64,000 nucleotides of DNA from Anaeromyxobacteraceae bacterium (GTDB lineage: Bacteria; Myxococcota; Myxococcia; Myxococcales; Anaeromyxobacteraceae): positions 1 through 64,000 of the forward strand of contig JAULAX010000010.1 of NCBI GenBank assembly GCA_032654565.1, read 5' to 3'. The position numbers and the translations under genes are program-made. Position 1 is the first letter of the stretch. Every line of letters starts with the position of its first letter. Under the pieces are notes generated by a model that ran no database searches, was not told the DNA's origin, and saw only the letters and a list, made by a program, of their open reading frames with translations. Below are positions 39,337 through 49,262 of the stretch, piece after piece.

Positions 39337-40581
39337 TCAGTCGGCGCGGAGCGCCTCGATGGGATCGAGGTGGGCCGCCCGCCGCGCCGGCAGGAAGCCG
39401 AAGAGCACGCCCACCAGCAGCGAGGAGAGCGGGGCGAGGCCGAGGGTCCGCGCCGAGAGCTTCATGGGCCAGCCCAGCCAGCCGCCGAGCGCCACGCTGC
39501 CGAGGGCGCCGAGCAGCACCCCGGCCAGCCCGCCCAGCACCGAGAGCGTCACCGCCTCGGTGAGGAACTGGGCCAGCACGTCGCGCGCGGTGGCGCCGAC
39601 CGCCAGCCGCAGGCCGATCTCGCGGGTCCGCTCGGTCACCGACACCAGCATGACGTTCATGACCCCGATGCCGCCCACCAGCAGGGAGATGGCGCCGAGG
39701 GTGAGCAGCAGCAGCTCCAGCGTCCGGGTGGCCTCGATGCGGGCCTTGATGGCCTCCTCGGGCCGGCGGATGTTGAAGTCGTCCTCGGCGTCGAGCCGGA
39801 TCTGGTGGCGCTGGCGCAGCAGGGCGGTGATGGCGACGGCGGCCGGCTTGACCGCCTCGGCCGAGACCGCCGAGACCTGGATGTCGTCGAGGAAGGTCCG
39901 CCCCTTGCCGCGCAGCTTCCTCAGCGAGGTGGTGTAGGGGACCAGCACCAGGTCGTCCTGGTCCTGGCCGGTGGCCGACTGGCCCTTGGGGCCGAGCACC
40001 CCGGCCACCTGGCAGAGCAGCGAGCCGAGACGGACCTCCCGGCCCACCGCCTCGGCCTCGCCGAAGAGCTTCTCGGCCACCGTCTGGCCGAGCAGGCAGG
40101 TGGTGGCCGAGCGCAGCACCTCGTCCTCGCCGAAGGGGGCGCCGCGCGCCACCGCCCAGCGGCGGATGTGCAGGAAGTCCGGGCTGACGCCGCGGACGTG
40201 GGTGTTCCAGTTGCGGTTGCCGAAGGCGGCCTGGGCGTGGTCGTCCACCTGGGGCGAGACCCGCTTCACCTGCGGCACCTCGGCGAGGATGGCCTCGGCG
40301 TCCTCGGTGGTCAGGGTGTTGGCGCCGTGGTTGCCGGTGCGGACGCCGCCGGGCGAGCGGCTCCCCGACTCCACCCAGATCAGGTTCTCGCCCATGCCGT
40401 CGAGGGCCTGCTCCCAGCGCTCGGTGGCGGCCTGGCCGATGGCCCCCACCCAGACCAGCGCCGCCACCCCCACGGCGATGCCCAGCGCGGTCAGCGTGGT
40501 CCGCAGCCGGTGGCGGCGCAGCGAGCGGAGCGCCTCGCCGACGAGCAGCCGGAGCCGGGAGGTGAGGGTGGAGGCGGCCAT
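39337..40581 (-). CDS. MacB/FtsX-like ABC permease
   Basis: SLLVGGIGVMNVMLVSVTERTREIGLRLAVGA, DPIEALR. Confidence 0.9.
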   Translation of the reverse strand: MAASTLTSRLRLLVGEALRSLRRHRLRTTLTALGIAVGVAALVWVGAIGQAATERWEQALDGMGENLIWVESGSRSPGGVRTGNHGANTLTTEDAEAILAEVPQVKRVSPQVDDHAQAAFGNRNWNTHVRGVSPDFLHIRRWAVARGAPFGEDEVLRSATTCLLGQTVAEKLFGEAEAVGREVRLGSLLCQVAGVLGPKGQSATGQDQDDLVLVPYTTSLRKLRGKGRTFLDDIQVSAVSAEAVKPAAVAITALLRQRHQIRLDAEDDFNIRRPEEAIKARIEATRTLELLLLTLGAISLLVGGIGVMNVMLVSVTERTREIGLRLAVGATARDVLAQFLTEAVTLSVLGGLAGVLLGALGSVALGGWLGWPMKLSARTLGLAPLSSLLVGVLFGFLPARRAAHLDPIEALRAD

Positions 40582-40780
40582 GGCGGAGCGGGGATGGTAC
40601 GGCATCGGGACCTGGCCGGCGCCGTCGTCGCGGCGGCCAATCGCCGCAGCCGGGATCGGCGCCACGGCCCCGGCGCCTCCCTCCCGCCGAGGGGGCTCGC
40701 TGCTTGGGGCCTGTCGGCGGACGCCGCGGGAGCGCAGGATCGGCTCACGAGGGGAGAGGCTCCCTCGACCGGAGGACGTC

Positions 40781-41245
40781 ATGATCCCGTCGATGATCCA
40801 GGCGCACCTGCAGCAGAAGCACCAGCGGTTCGAGCACCACGTCCACGCGGCGGTGATGACCGCCCAGGAGCTGGCGGCGACCGAGCACGTCTCCGGCCAC
40901 CGGGTGGCCAAGCCGGTGGTGATCCGGCTCTCCGGCGGGCTGGCGCTGGCGGTGGTGGCGGCCTCGGAGCGGGTCAACCTGTCGGCGCTCGAGGAGGCGA
41001 CCGGGCTCACCGCCGCGCTGGTGGAGGAGGCCGAGTTCGCCGGCAGCTTCCAGCCTTGCGAGCGCGGCAGCGAGCCGCCGCTGGCGCTGTTCGGGGTCCC
41101 CATCTTCATGGACTCGAAGCTGGAGCAGGAGCCGGCGCTGCTGATGCCGGCGGGGACCCACCGGGACGCCGTCCTGCTCGACACCCACGAGTGGATGGCG
41201 TGCGAGCGGGTCCAGCCGGTGCTCAACCTCGGGCTGCGGGGGTAA
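40781..41245 (+). CDS. YbaK/EbsC aminoacyl-tRNA deacylase family protein
   Basis: VAKPVV, FQPCERGSEPP, AGTH; GGAGG RBS. Confidence 0.85.
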   Translation: MIPSMIQAHLQQKHQRFEHHVHAAVMTAQELAATEHVSGHRVAKPVVIRLSGGLALAVVAASERVNLSALEEATGLTAALVEEAEFAGSFQPCERGSEPPLALFGVPIFMDSKLEQEPALLMPAGTHRDAVLLDTHEWMACERVQPVLNLGLRG

Positions 41246-41298
41246 GGGCGTGGAGGGGCGGAGGGGGTCGCACGACCTGCCTTTTCGTCCCCTTTCGC

Positions 41299-41349
41299 TT
41301 GACCCCTGAGGGGGCGGCTCGGTATCACGATGCTTCATGTCGTGCTACC
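41299..41349 (+). promoter_or_regulatory. Promoter of the nickel uptake operon with NikR operator
   Basis: TTGACC -35 at 41299; GTATCAC-N13-GTGCTAC (41322-41348) matches the deltaproteobacterial NikR box format and covers the -10. Confidence 0.75.
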
Positions 41350-41372
41350 GCTCCGCCGCCCCAAGGATCTCC

Positions 41373-41849
41373 ATGCGCCTCCTCCTCCTCGTGGCCGCGG
41401 CCCTGCTGTCCCGGCCGGCCCTCGCCCACGAGACGCTCCACCAGGTCGTCCACGGCAAGGCCGTGGCGGTCCGGGCCTACGAGTCGGACGGCGACCCGCT
41501 GGCCCTGGCGCCGTTCGAGGTCTACTCGCCGACGGCGCCGAAGCTGGCGTGGGTCACCGGGCGGACCGACCGCGACGGATGGCTGGCCTTCGTCCCCAGC
41601 GGCCCCGGGCGCTGGCGCGTCCGCGTCATCGAGGCGGCCGGGCACGGGCTCGACGTCGAGGTGGACGCCGCGCCTCCGGCCGTGGCGGCCGCCGGCGCCC
41701 CGGCGGCGGCGCCCCCCGTGGTCCCGGGCGATGGTGCGCCCGGTGCGGCCTACCTCCTGCGGCCCCTCCTCGGCCTCGGCGTCATCGGCCTGGTCTTCGC
41801 CGCGCTCTTCCTCGCCTGGCGGAAGAAGGACGGCGCGCCCCGCCCCTGA
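41373..41849 (+). CDS. NikL-like accessory protein of ECF Ni/Co uptake
   Basis: Signal peptide ending ALA-H, EVYSP, GRTDRDG, GH motif, C-terminal TM. Confidence 0.7.
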   Translation: MRLLLLVAAALLSRPALAHETLHQVVHGKAVAVRAYESDGDPLALAPFEVYSPTAPKLAWVTGRTDRDGWLAFVPSGPGRWRVRVIEAAGHGLDVEVDAAPPAVAAAGAPAAAPPVVPGDGAPGAAYLLRPLLGLGVIGLVFAALFLAWRKKDGAPRP

Positions 41850-41851
41850 CC

Positions 41852-42490
41852 ATGCACCTCCCCGACGGCTTCCTCTCCCCCCAGCTCAGCCTGCCGGCCC
41901 TCGCGGTGGCGGTGCCGCTCGCCGCCTGGGGGGCGCGCCGCACCTTCGGGCGGGAGGCGGCCGAGTCGCTGCCGGTGCTCGGCACGCTGACGGCGCTGGC
42001 CTTCGTCATCCAGACCATCATGATCCCGGTGCCGGGCGGCACCTCCACCCACCTCACCGGGGTGACGCTGCTGGCGCTGCTCTTCGGGCCGCTGGCCGCC
42101 TTCACCTGCGAGGCGCTGGTGCTGCTGCTGCAGGCGCTCTTCTTCGGGGCCGGCGGCGTCACCGCGCTCGGCGTCAACGCCCTGGCCATGGGGCTGCTCG
42201 GGCCGCTGGCCGGCTGGCTGGCCTGGCGGGTGCTGCGCCGGCTCTCCGAGCGGCTGGCGCTGTTCGCGGCCGGCTGGCTCTCCACCCAGGTGGCGACGCT
42301 GGCGGTGGTCGGGGCGCTGGCGCTGCAGCACCGGCTCGACCCGCTGATCTTCCCGGTGGAGCCGGCGGTCACGCTCGCCGCCATGCTGGCGCCGAGCCTG
42401 GCGCTGGCCGGGGTGGTGGAGGGGCTCTACACCGTCTTCGCCCATGCGCTGGTCCGGAGGGCCAACCTTCGTGGCGTCGAAGCCTGCTGA
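41852..42490 (+). CDS. nikM: ECF S-component NikM/CbiM
   Basis: MHLPDGFL N-terminus, GGTSTHLTG, LGVNALAM. Confidence 0.9.
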   Translation: MHLPDGFLSPQLSLPALAVAVPLAAWGARRTFGREAAESLPVLGTLTALAFVIQTIMIPVPGGTSTHLTGVTLLALLFGPLAAFTCEALVLLLQALFFGAGGVTALGVNALAMGLLGPLAGWLAWRVLRRLSERLALFAAGWLSTQVATLAVVGALALQHRLDPLIFPVEPAVTLAAMLAPSLALAGVVEGLYTVFAHALVRRANLRGVEAC

Positions 42491-43043
42491 CCCGCGCGCC
42501 GACCGGCGCCTCCTGCTCGGCTGGCTGGTGGCGATCTTCGCCCTCTCGGCGGTCCGCGACCCGGGCCTGCTGGCCGGGGCCGGGGTGCTGGTGGCGCTGC
42601 TCTTCCGCCGCGGCCTCTGGCCGGTGCTGCGGCGCACGCTCCGCTCGGTGGTGCCGGTCACCGCCGGGCTTTCGCTGGCCTCGCTCGGCTGGGTGCGGCT
42701 GGTGGGCGGGGCCTGGCCGCCGGCCGGGCCGTTCCTGGCGCTGGGGCTGCGCGCCGCGGTCATCGGCCTGCTCACCTTCGCCGTCCTCGACCGGGTGGCG
42801 CTGCTTCCGGCGCTGGCCCCGTTCCCGACCCTGACCCGGCTGCTGGTGGTGACGCTGGCCCAGGTCCACGCCCTGCGCCTGCTCTCCACCGAGTCGCTGC
42901 AGGGGCTCCGCAGCCGGCTGCCGCGCCGCCCCGGGCCGATCGACCTGCTGCGCGGGGCCGGCGGCATCACCGCCATGCTCTTCACGCTGGCCACGCGCAA
43001 CGCCCGCGACATCTCCGACGCCATGCGCTCCAGGGGCTTCTAG
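42471..43043 (+). CDS. ECF T-component NikQ/CbiQ-like
   Basis: TM segments, LRSR and AMRSRGF motifs. Confidence 0.8.
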   Translation: MASKPADPRADRRLLLGWLVAIFALSAVRDPGLLAGAGVLVALLFRRGLWPVLRRTLRSVVPVTAGLSLASLGWVRLVGGAWPPAGPFLALGLRAAVIGLLTFAVLDRVALLPALAPFPTLTRLLVVTLAQVHALRLLSTESLQGLRSRLPRRPGPIDLLRGAGGITAMLFTLATRNARDISDAMRSRGF

Positions 43044-43825
43044 TGTCCTTCGCCGTGTCCCACCTGACCCTGTCGCTGGGCGGCCGCGACGTGGTCCGCG
43101 ACCTCTCCTTCGCGGTGGCCCCCGGGGAGCGGGTGGTGCTGCTCGGCGTCAACGGCTGCGGCAAGACCACGCTGCTCAAGGCGCTCGACGGCCTGCTCGC
43201 GCCCGGCGCCGGGGAGATCAGCTACGACGGAGAGCCGCTGACGCTGCGGCGGCTGGAGAAGGCGGCGTTCCGGCGCCGCTTCCGCGGCGAGGTGGCGCTG
43301 CTCTTCCAGAACGTCGACGCCATGCTCTTCAACCCCACCGTGGCCGACGAGATCGCCTTCGGCCCCCGCCAGCTCGGGCTCCCCGACGTGGCCGGCCGGG
43401 TGGCCCGCTGGGCCCGGCAGTTCGACGTGGAGCGCTTCCTCGACCGCCCCCCCTTCGAGCTCTCCGGCGGGGAGAAGAAGCGGGTGGCGCTGGCGGCGCT
43501 GCTGGCTATCGACCCGAAGGTGCTGCTGCTCGACGAGCCGACCGCCAACCTCGACCCGGCCACCGGGGCCCGGCTGGTCGACCTGCTCGAGGGGCTGCGC
43601 GAGGTCACCGTCCTCACCGCCACCCACAACCTGACGGTGGCCGAGGAGCTGGGGGCGCGCGCGGTGCTGCTGGCCCCGGGCCGGGACGGGGCGCTCTTCG
43701 ATGGCCCGACCCACGCCCTGGTCCACGACCAGCGGCTGCTGATCGGCAGCGGCCTGGCCCACCTCCACCTCCACCACCACGGCAAAGAGGGTCACCAGCA
43801 CTTCCACGTCCACGACGCGGAGTGA
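43043..43825 (+). CDS. ECF ATPase NikO/CbiO with His-rich tail
   Basis: GVNGCGKTT, LSGGEKKRV, DEPTANLD; HLHLHHHGKEGHQHFHVH. Confidence 0.9.
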   Translation: MSFAVSHLTLSLGGRDVVRDLSFAVAPGERVVLLGVNGCGKTTLLKALDGLLAPGAGEISYDGEPLTLRRLEKAAFRRRFRGEVALLFQNVDAMLFNPTVADEIAFGPRQLGLPDVAGRVARWARQFDVERFLDRPPFELSGGEKKRVALAALLAIDPKVLLLDEPTANLDPATGARLVDLLEGLREVTVLTATHNLTVAEELGARAVLLAPGRDGALFDGPTHALVHDQRLLIGSGLAHLHLHHHGKEGHQHFHVHDAE

Positions 43826-43904
43826 GGCGCCGCCGCCGCACGCCGCCACCGCCGGAGGGCCCCGGGACCACCGGGCCGGCAGGTTCGACCGCCACGGAGG
43901 AAGC

Positions 43905-44324
43905 ATGATCGAGCGCATCGGGGTGTCGCTGGAGAACGACCTGCTGGAGCAGTTCGACCACCACCTCCAGCAGAAGGGCTACGCCACCCGCTCCGAGGCC
44001 ATCCGCGACCTCATCCGCGACGCCCTGGTGCAGCGGCAGTGGTCGGAGGCGCAGAGCCGCGAGGAGCAGGTGGCGGTGGTGACCCTGGTCTACGACCACG
44101 ACTCCTCGAGCCTGGCGCAGAAGCTGGCCCACATCCAGCATGAGAACCACAAGGCTGTGGTCTCGGCGCTCCACGTCCACATGGACGAGCACAACTGCCT
44201 GGAGGTGCTGGTGCTGCGCGGCCGGGCCCGCGAGGTCCTGAAGATGGGGGAGGGGTTGATCTCCACCAAGGGCGTCAAGCACGGCAAGGTGGTGCCGGCC
44301 ACCACCGGTCAGTCGCTGCGCTGA
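43905..44324 (+). CDS. nikR: Nickel-responsive regulator NikR
   Basis: RIGVSL, RSEAIRDLIR, YDH, HVHMDEHNCLE. Confidence 0.95.
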   Translation: MIERIGVSLENDLLEQFDHHLQQKGYATRSEAIRDLIRDALVQRQWSEAQSREEQVAVVTLVYDHDSSSLAQKLAHIQHENHKAVVSALHVHMDEHNCLEVLVLRGRAREVLKMGEGLISTKGVKHGKVVPATTGQSLR

Positions 44325-44450
44325 CGCGAGGTCGGTGGCCGAAAGAGGGGGGGGGGGAGAATCGCCCCGCATGACCGCAACTTCTCCTCACCGCCGGAGT
44401 TGGATCATGGCATCCCTCCGGTCCTCACGCCTGTCGAAGGAGCATGCCGC

Positions 44451-45977
44451 ATGACCACCTCGTCTCGTCTCGCCTGGCTCGCCTCCGCCGCGCTCCTCCT
44501 CGCCGCCTGCGGGTCGGCCAGGACGGCGCCCCCGCCGTGCGACGTCGCCGCCCAGACCGGCTGCGCCTCCGGCCAGGCCTGCGAGCCGGTCACCGGCGGC
44601 GCCACCGCCTGCTTCGACCCCGTGGTCGTCACGGGCCACGTCTCCGACATCGCCAGCGGCAACCGACTGGCCGACGCCCGGGTGGTGGCGCTCGATGCCA
44701 GTGGCGCTCCGGCCACCAGCGTGGCCACCTCGTCGGGCGCACCTGACGACGGCCTCTTCAAGCTCCGGCTGGCGGCGCCGCGGGACGCGACCGGCAAGCC
44801 GCTGGGCGGCAGCGTGACCCTGCGGGCCGACCGGGCCGGCTACGCCAGCTTCCCCTCCGGGCTGCGCGTGGCGCTCCCCATCTCCACGACGGCCGCGACC
44901 CACGTGGGCGCCGAGTGGGTGATCTCCTCGTCGCTCACCGAGATCGGACTGTCGGCCCTGCCGGCGCCGGTGCCCACGGGAGCCATCCACGGCAGCGTGA
45001 CCCTCCCGGCATCGGGCGCCGGCGTCCTCGTCGTGGCCGAGGCCGGCGGCCTCGGCTTCACGGCCGTCCCCGGCAGCGATGGGAGCTTCACCATCTTCAA
45101 CCTCGGCGACGGGACCTACCAGCTGCGCGCCTACGTGCCGGGGCTCAACTACGCGCCGGTCACGGTGACCATCACCGGCGGCGTCGCCACGCCGTCCCCG
45201 GCGGCGCTCGTCTCGCCCTCGCTCACGCCCGCGACGGCGAAGGTGACTGGCAGCGTCCAGCTGGTCTCGTCCACGGCCTGGAACCAGACCAGCGTGCTCC
45301 TGGTCGTCGCCTCGACCTTCGACGCGGCCCGCGCCCGTGGCGTCGCGCCGGCCGGCCTCAAGGCCGGCGGGATCACCGGCAACTGGTCGCTCTCCGGCAT
45401 CCCCGACGGCCACTACCGCGTCCTCGCCGGCTTCGAGACCGATTACCTGGTTCGCGACCCCTCCGACATCGGCGGCACCGCGGTCCTCGAGTTCCAGGTG
45501 GCCGGCGGCGTGCCGCTGTTGATGGACGGCACCACCTCGGCGGCCACGCTGCAGGGCTTCAAGATCACCGGCGCGGTCCGCCTCAAGGCGCCCATCCCCG
45601 ACGCGACCGGCGCGTGCGCGACGCTGGCAAGCTTCCCCACCGACCCCGGTGCCCTCGTGGCCGGGGGCTGCACGACCTCCAGCCCGGCTCCGGTCATCGC
45701 CTGGGAGACCTACCCAGCGACCAACCTCTATGACCTCACCGTGGTGGACGACAGCGGCGCCATCGCCTGGCAGGCCGAGATCGCGAAGACCGCCAGCACC
45801 GTCGACTACGGTGCCACGGTCGGGGCCGGCTCGCCGGTGTCGAGCACCATCGTCCCGGCGGCGCTCCTCGTCGACGGCCACACCTACCAGGTCCGCATCA
45901 AGTCGCTCCCGGTGGGCGGCGGCAGGCCCCTCTCCTCCTCCGAAGACCTGCTCGGCGTATTCACCAAGCTACCGTAG
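44451..45977 (+). CDS. Lipoprotein with carboxypeptidase-regulatory-like beta-sandwich domains
   Basis: Lipobox LAAC, Cys-rich N-module, VVTGHVSD, GSFTIFNLGDGTYQL, YLVRDP. Confidence 0.75.
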   Translation: MTTSSRLAWLASAALLLAACGSARTAPPPCDVAAQTGCASGQACEPVTGGATACFDPVVVTGHVSDIASGNRLADARVVALDASGAPATSVATSSGAPDDGLFKLRLAAPRDATGKPLGGSVTLRADRAGYASFPSGLRVALPISTTAATHVGAEWVISSSLTEIGLSALPAPVPTGAIHGSVTLPASGAGVLVVAEAGGLGFTAVPGSDGSFTIFNLGDGTYQLRAYVPGLNYAPVTVTITGGVATPSPAALVSPSLTPATAKVTGSVQLVSSTAWNQTSVLLVVASTFDAARARGVAPAGLKAGGITGNWSLSGIPDGHYRVLAGFETDYLVRDPSDIGGTAVLEFQVAGGVPLLMDGTTSAATLQGFKITGAVRLKAPIPDATGACATLASFPTDPGALVAGGCTTSSPAPVIAWETYPATNLYDLTVVDDSGAIAWQAEIAKTASTVDYGATVGAGSPVSSTIVPAALLVDGHTYQVRIKSLPVGGGRPLSSSEDLLGVFTKLP

Positions 45978-48900
45978 GGCGGTCGCCACCGGCACCGGCG
46001 CGGGCGCCTCCCTGGAGAACTCCCTCCGCTTCCAGAGGAAGTAGACGGCCGGGTAGACCAGCAGCTCCATGAGAAAGCTGGTGACCAGGCCGCCCACCAT
46101 GGGGGCGGCGATCCGCTTCATCAGGTCGGCGCCGGTGCCGGTCGACCACATGATGGGGAGCAGCCCGATCATGGCGGCGAAGACGGTCATGGCCTTGGGG
46201 CGGACCCGCTTCACGGCGCCGTGGATGATGGCCTCGACCAGGTCGTGCTCGTCCCGGAGCCTGCCCGCCGCCCGGGCCTCGTCGTGGGAGAGGTCGAGGA
46301 AGAGCAGCATGAAGACGCCGGTCTCGGCGTCGAGCCCCATCAGCGCGATCATCCCGACCCAGACGGCGATGGAGACGTTGTAGCCGAGGAACCAGAGCAG
46401 CCAGACCGCGCCGATGGCGGAGAAGGGGACCGCCAGCATGACGATGGAGGCCTTCACCGCGCTCTTGGTGTTCATGTAGAGCAGGGCGAAGATCAGCACC
46501 AGGGTCAGCGGCAGGATCAGCTTGAGCCGCTCCTTCACCCGCAGCATGTTCTCGTACTGGCCGCTCCAGGCCAGGTTGTAGCCGGTGGGGAGCGTGACGC
46601 CGCTGGCCACCGCCTTCTTGGCCTCGTCGACGTAGCCGCCCACGTCGATCTTCGAGGTGTCGAAGTCGACGTAGACGTAGCCGGCCAGCAGGCCGTTCTC
46701 GTCGCGGATCATCGAGGGTCCCTGCACCAGCTCGACGGTGGCGATCTCCTCCATGGGGATCTGCCCCTGGCCGCCCGGCAGCGGGAGCAGCACCCGCCGC
46801 AGCGAGGTGAGGTCCTCGCGGTAGTCGCGGGCGTAGCGGACGCTGACGCCGTAGCGCTCGCGCCCCATGACGGTGGTGGTCTGGTTGTCGCCGCCGACGG
46901 CGGTCATGACCATCATGTTGGCGTCGTCCACCGAGAGGCCGTAGCGGGCCAGCTGCTCGCGCTTGAGCACGAAGTCGAGGAAGTAGCCGCCGGCCACCCG
47001 CTCGGCGTAGACGCTGCGGGTGCCCGGCACCTTCTGCACCACCGCCTCGATCTCCCGGGCGGTCTGCTCGATGACCTTGAGGTCGGCGCCGCTCACCTTG
47101 ATGCCGACCGGGGTGCGGATGCCGGTGGAGAGCATGTCGAGCCGGCCGCGGATGGGCATGGTCCAGGCGTTGGAGATGCCGGGGAGCTGCAGCGCCGCGT
47201 CCATCTCGTTCTTCAGGTCGTCCTCGGTGATGCGGTCCCGCCAGAACGGGCGCAGCACGGCCTTGGCCCAGCCGGGGGCGAAGGAGGAGTACCAGCGCGC
47301 CCGCTCGCGCCACTCCAGCTCCGGCTTGAGGATGATGGTGGTCTCCATCATGGTGAAGGGGGCCGGGTCGGTGGAGGTGCCGGCGCGGCCGGCCTTGCCG
47401 AAGACCCGCGCCACCTCCGGGAAGGTCATGAGGATCTTGTCCTGCACCTGCAGCGCCTTCTGGGCCTCGGCCACCGACATGCCCGGCTGCACCGCCGAGG
47501 GCATGTAGAGGATGGTCCCCTCGCGGAGCGGCGGCATGAACTCGGAGCCGAGCTTCAGGTAGACCGGGATGGTGGTGGCCACCAGCAGCAGGCTGACGGC
47601 GATGGTGGCCCGGGGGTGGCGCAGCACGAAGCGGCAGGGCGGCTCGTAGAGCCTGTGGAGGAAGGCGCTGATGGGGTGCCTCTCCTCCGAGTGGTACTTC
47701 CCGACGAAGAGCTGGTTGGCGCTCCAGGCCAGCCAGCGCGGGCGGAACAGGAAGGGGTCGATGCGGGCGAACATCATCCGCATGGCCGGATCGAGGGTGA
47801 TGGCCAGGAAGGCGGCGATGGCCATGGCCAGGTTCTTGGAGTAGGCCAGCGGCCGGAAGAGCCGCCCCTCCTGGTCGACCAGGGTGAAGACCGGCATGAA
47901 GGCCACGGCGATCACCAGCAGCGAGAAGAAGACGCCCGGCCCCACCTCCAGCAGGGCCTCGAGCCGGACGGTGTGGAAGTCCTCCTTGCGGCCGCCGGCG
48001 TCCCAGTGGTGGATCTTGTTGTAGGCGTTCTCCACCTCGACGATGGCGCCGTCCACCAGCACGCCGATGGAGATGGCGATGCCGGCCAGGGACATGAGGT
48101 TGGCGTTGAGCCCCATGAAGTACATGGGGATGAAGGCCAGCGCCACGCTCACCGGGATGGTGACGATGGGGATGATGGCGCTGGGGATGTGCCAGAGGAA
48201 GATGAGGATGATGATCGAGACCACGATCATCTCCTCGATGAGCTTCGACTTGACGGTCTCGATGGCCTCGTTGATGAGCTCGGAGCGGTCGTAGGTGGTC
48301 ACCACCTCGACCCCCTTGGGCAGCGAGGGCTTGAGCTCCTCGAGCTTCTGCTTGACGCGGGTGATGACGTTGAGGGCGTTCTCGCCCGACCGCATCACCA
48401 CGATGCCGCCCACCACGTCCCCCCGGCCGTCGAGGTCGGCGATGCCGCGGCGCATCTCCGGCCCCAGCGCCACCGAGGCAACGTCCTTGACGGTCACCGG
48501 CGTGCCGCCGTCGGCCTTGAGGACCAGCGACTCGAGATCGGCGATGCTCTTCACGTAGCCGCGGCCGCGCACCATGTACTCGCGCCCGGAGAGCTCGACC
48601 AGCCGCCCGCCCACGTCGTTGTTGCCCCGCCGCACCGCGGTGATGACCGCCTCGAGCGGCAGCTTGTAGGCGGCCAGGGCGTTGGGGTTGACGGTGATCT
48701 GGTACTGGCGGACCTGGCCGCCCACGGTGGCCACCTCGGAGACGCCAGGGACGCTCTGGACCGCGTAGCGCAGGTTCCAGTCCTGGAAGGAGCGCAGCTC
48801 GTCGGAGGAGTGGGTGCCGGTCTTGTCGACCAGGGCGTACTGGAAGACCCAGCCGACGCTGGAGGCGTCGGGGCCGAGCTCGGTGGAGACCCCGGCCGGC

Positions 48901-49259
48901 AGCTGCGGCTGGATCTTGGAGAGGTACTCGAGGACCCGGCTGCGGGCCCAGTAGAGGTCGGTGCCGTCCTCGAAGATCACATAGACGTAGCTGAAGCCAA
49001 AGTCGGAGAAGCCGCGGATGGCCTTGACCCGGGGCGCCCCCAGCAGCGCCGCGGTGATCGGGTAGGTCACCTGGTCCTCGATGATGTCCGGGCTCCGGTC
49101 CCACTTGGAGTAGACGATCACCTGGGTGTCGGAGAGGTCGGGCAGGGCGTCGAGCGGGATGTTCCGCATCGACCACCAGGCGCCGGCCAGCGCCACCAGG
49201 GTGGCGGCCACCACCAGGTACTTGTTCTCGGCGCTGAAGCGGATGATGGCCTTGATCAT
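45969..49259 (-). CDS. cusA: CusA/CzcA heavy-metal RND pump (Cu/Ag)
   Basis: LDALPDLSDTQVI, GSEFMPPL, AWTMPIRGRLDML, RVRPKAMT. Confidence 0.95.
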   Translation of the reverse strand: MIKAIIRFSAENKYLVVAATLVALAGAWWSMRNIPLDALPDLSDTQVIVYSKWDRSPDIIEDQVTYPITAALLGAPRVKAIRGFSDFGFSYVYVIFEDGTDLYWARSRVLEYLSKIQPQLPAGVSTELGPDASSVGWVFQYALVDKTGTHSSDELRSFQDWNLRYAVQSVPGVSEVATVGGQVRQYQITVNPNALAAYKLPLEAVITAVRRGNNDVGGRLVELSGREYMVRGRGYVKSIADLESLVLKADGGTPVTVKDVASVALGPEMRRGIADLDGRGDVVGGIVVMRSGENALNVITRVKQKLEELKPSLPKGVEVVTTYDRSELINEAIETVKSKLIEEMIVVSIIILIFLWHIPSAIIPIVTIPVSVALAFIPMYFMGLNANLMSLAGIAISIGVLVDGAIVEVENAYNKIHHWDAGGRKEDFHTVRLEALLEVGPGVFFSLLVIAVAFMPVFTLVDQEGRLFRPLAYSKNLAMAIAAFLAITLDPAMRMMFARIDPFLFRPRWLAWSANQLFVGKYHSEERHPISAFLHRLYEPPCRFVLRHPRATIAVSLLLVATTIPVYLKLGSEFMPPLREGTILYMPSAVQPGMSVAEAQKALQVQDKILMTFPEVARVFGKAGRAGTSTDPAPFTMMETTIILKPELEWRERARWYSSFAPGWAKAVLRPFWRDRITEDDLKNEMDAALQLPGISNAWTMPIRGRLDMLSTGIRTPVGIKVSGADLKVIEQTAREIEAVVQKVPGTRSVYAERVAGGYFLDFVLKREQLARYGLSVDDANMMVMTAVGGDNQTTTVMGRERYGVSVRYARDYREDLTSLRRVLLPLPGGQGQIPMEEIATVELVQGPSMIRDENGLLAGYVYVDFDTSKIDVGGYVDEAKKAVASGVTLPTGYNLAWSGQYENMLRVKERLKLILPLTLVLIFALLYMNTKSAVKASIVMLAVPFSAIGAVWLLWFLGYNVSIAVWVGMIALMGLDAETGVFMLLFLDLSHDEARAAGRLRDEHDLVEAIIHGAVKRVRPKAMTVFAAMIGLLPIMWSTGTGADLMKRIAAPMVGGLVTSFLMELLVYPAVYFLWKRREFSREAPAPVPVATALR

Positions 49260-49262
49260 GAC

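Noticed and set aside
44347..44357. Poly-G tract as a phase-variation site
   Set aside because: Intergenic, with no identifiable promoter boxes around it; G runs are expected at this GC content.
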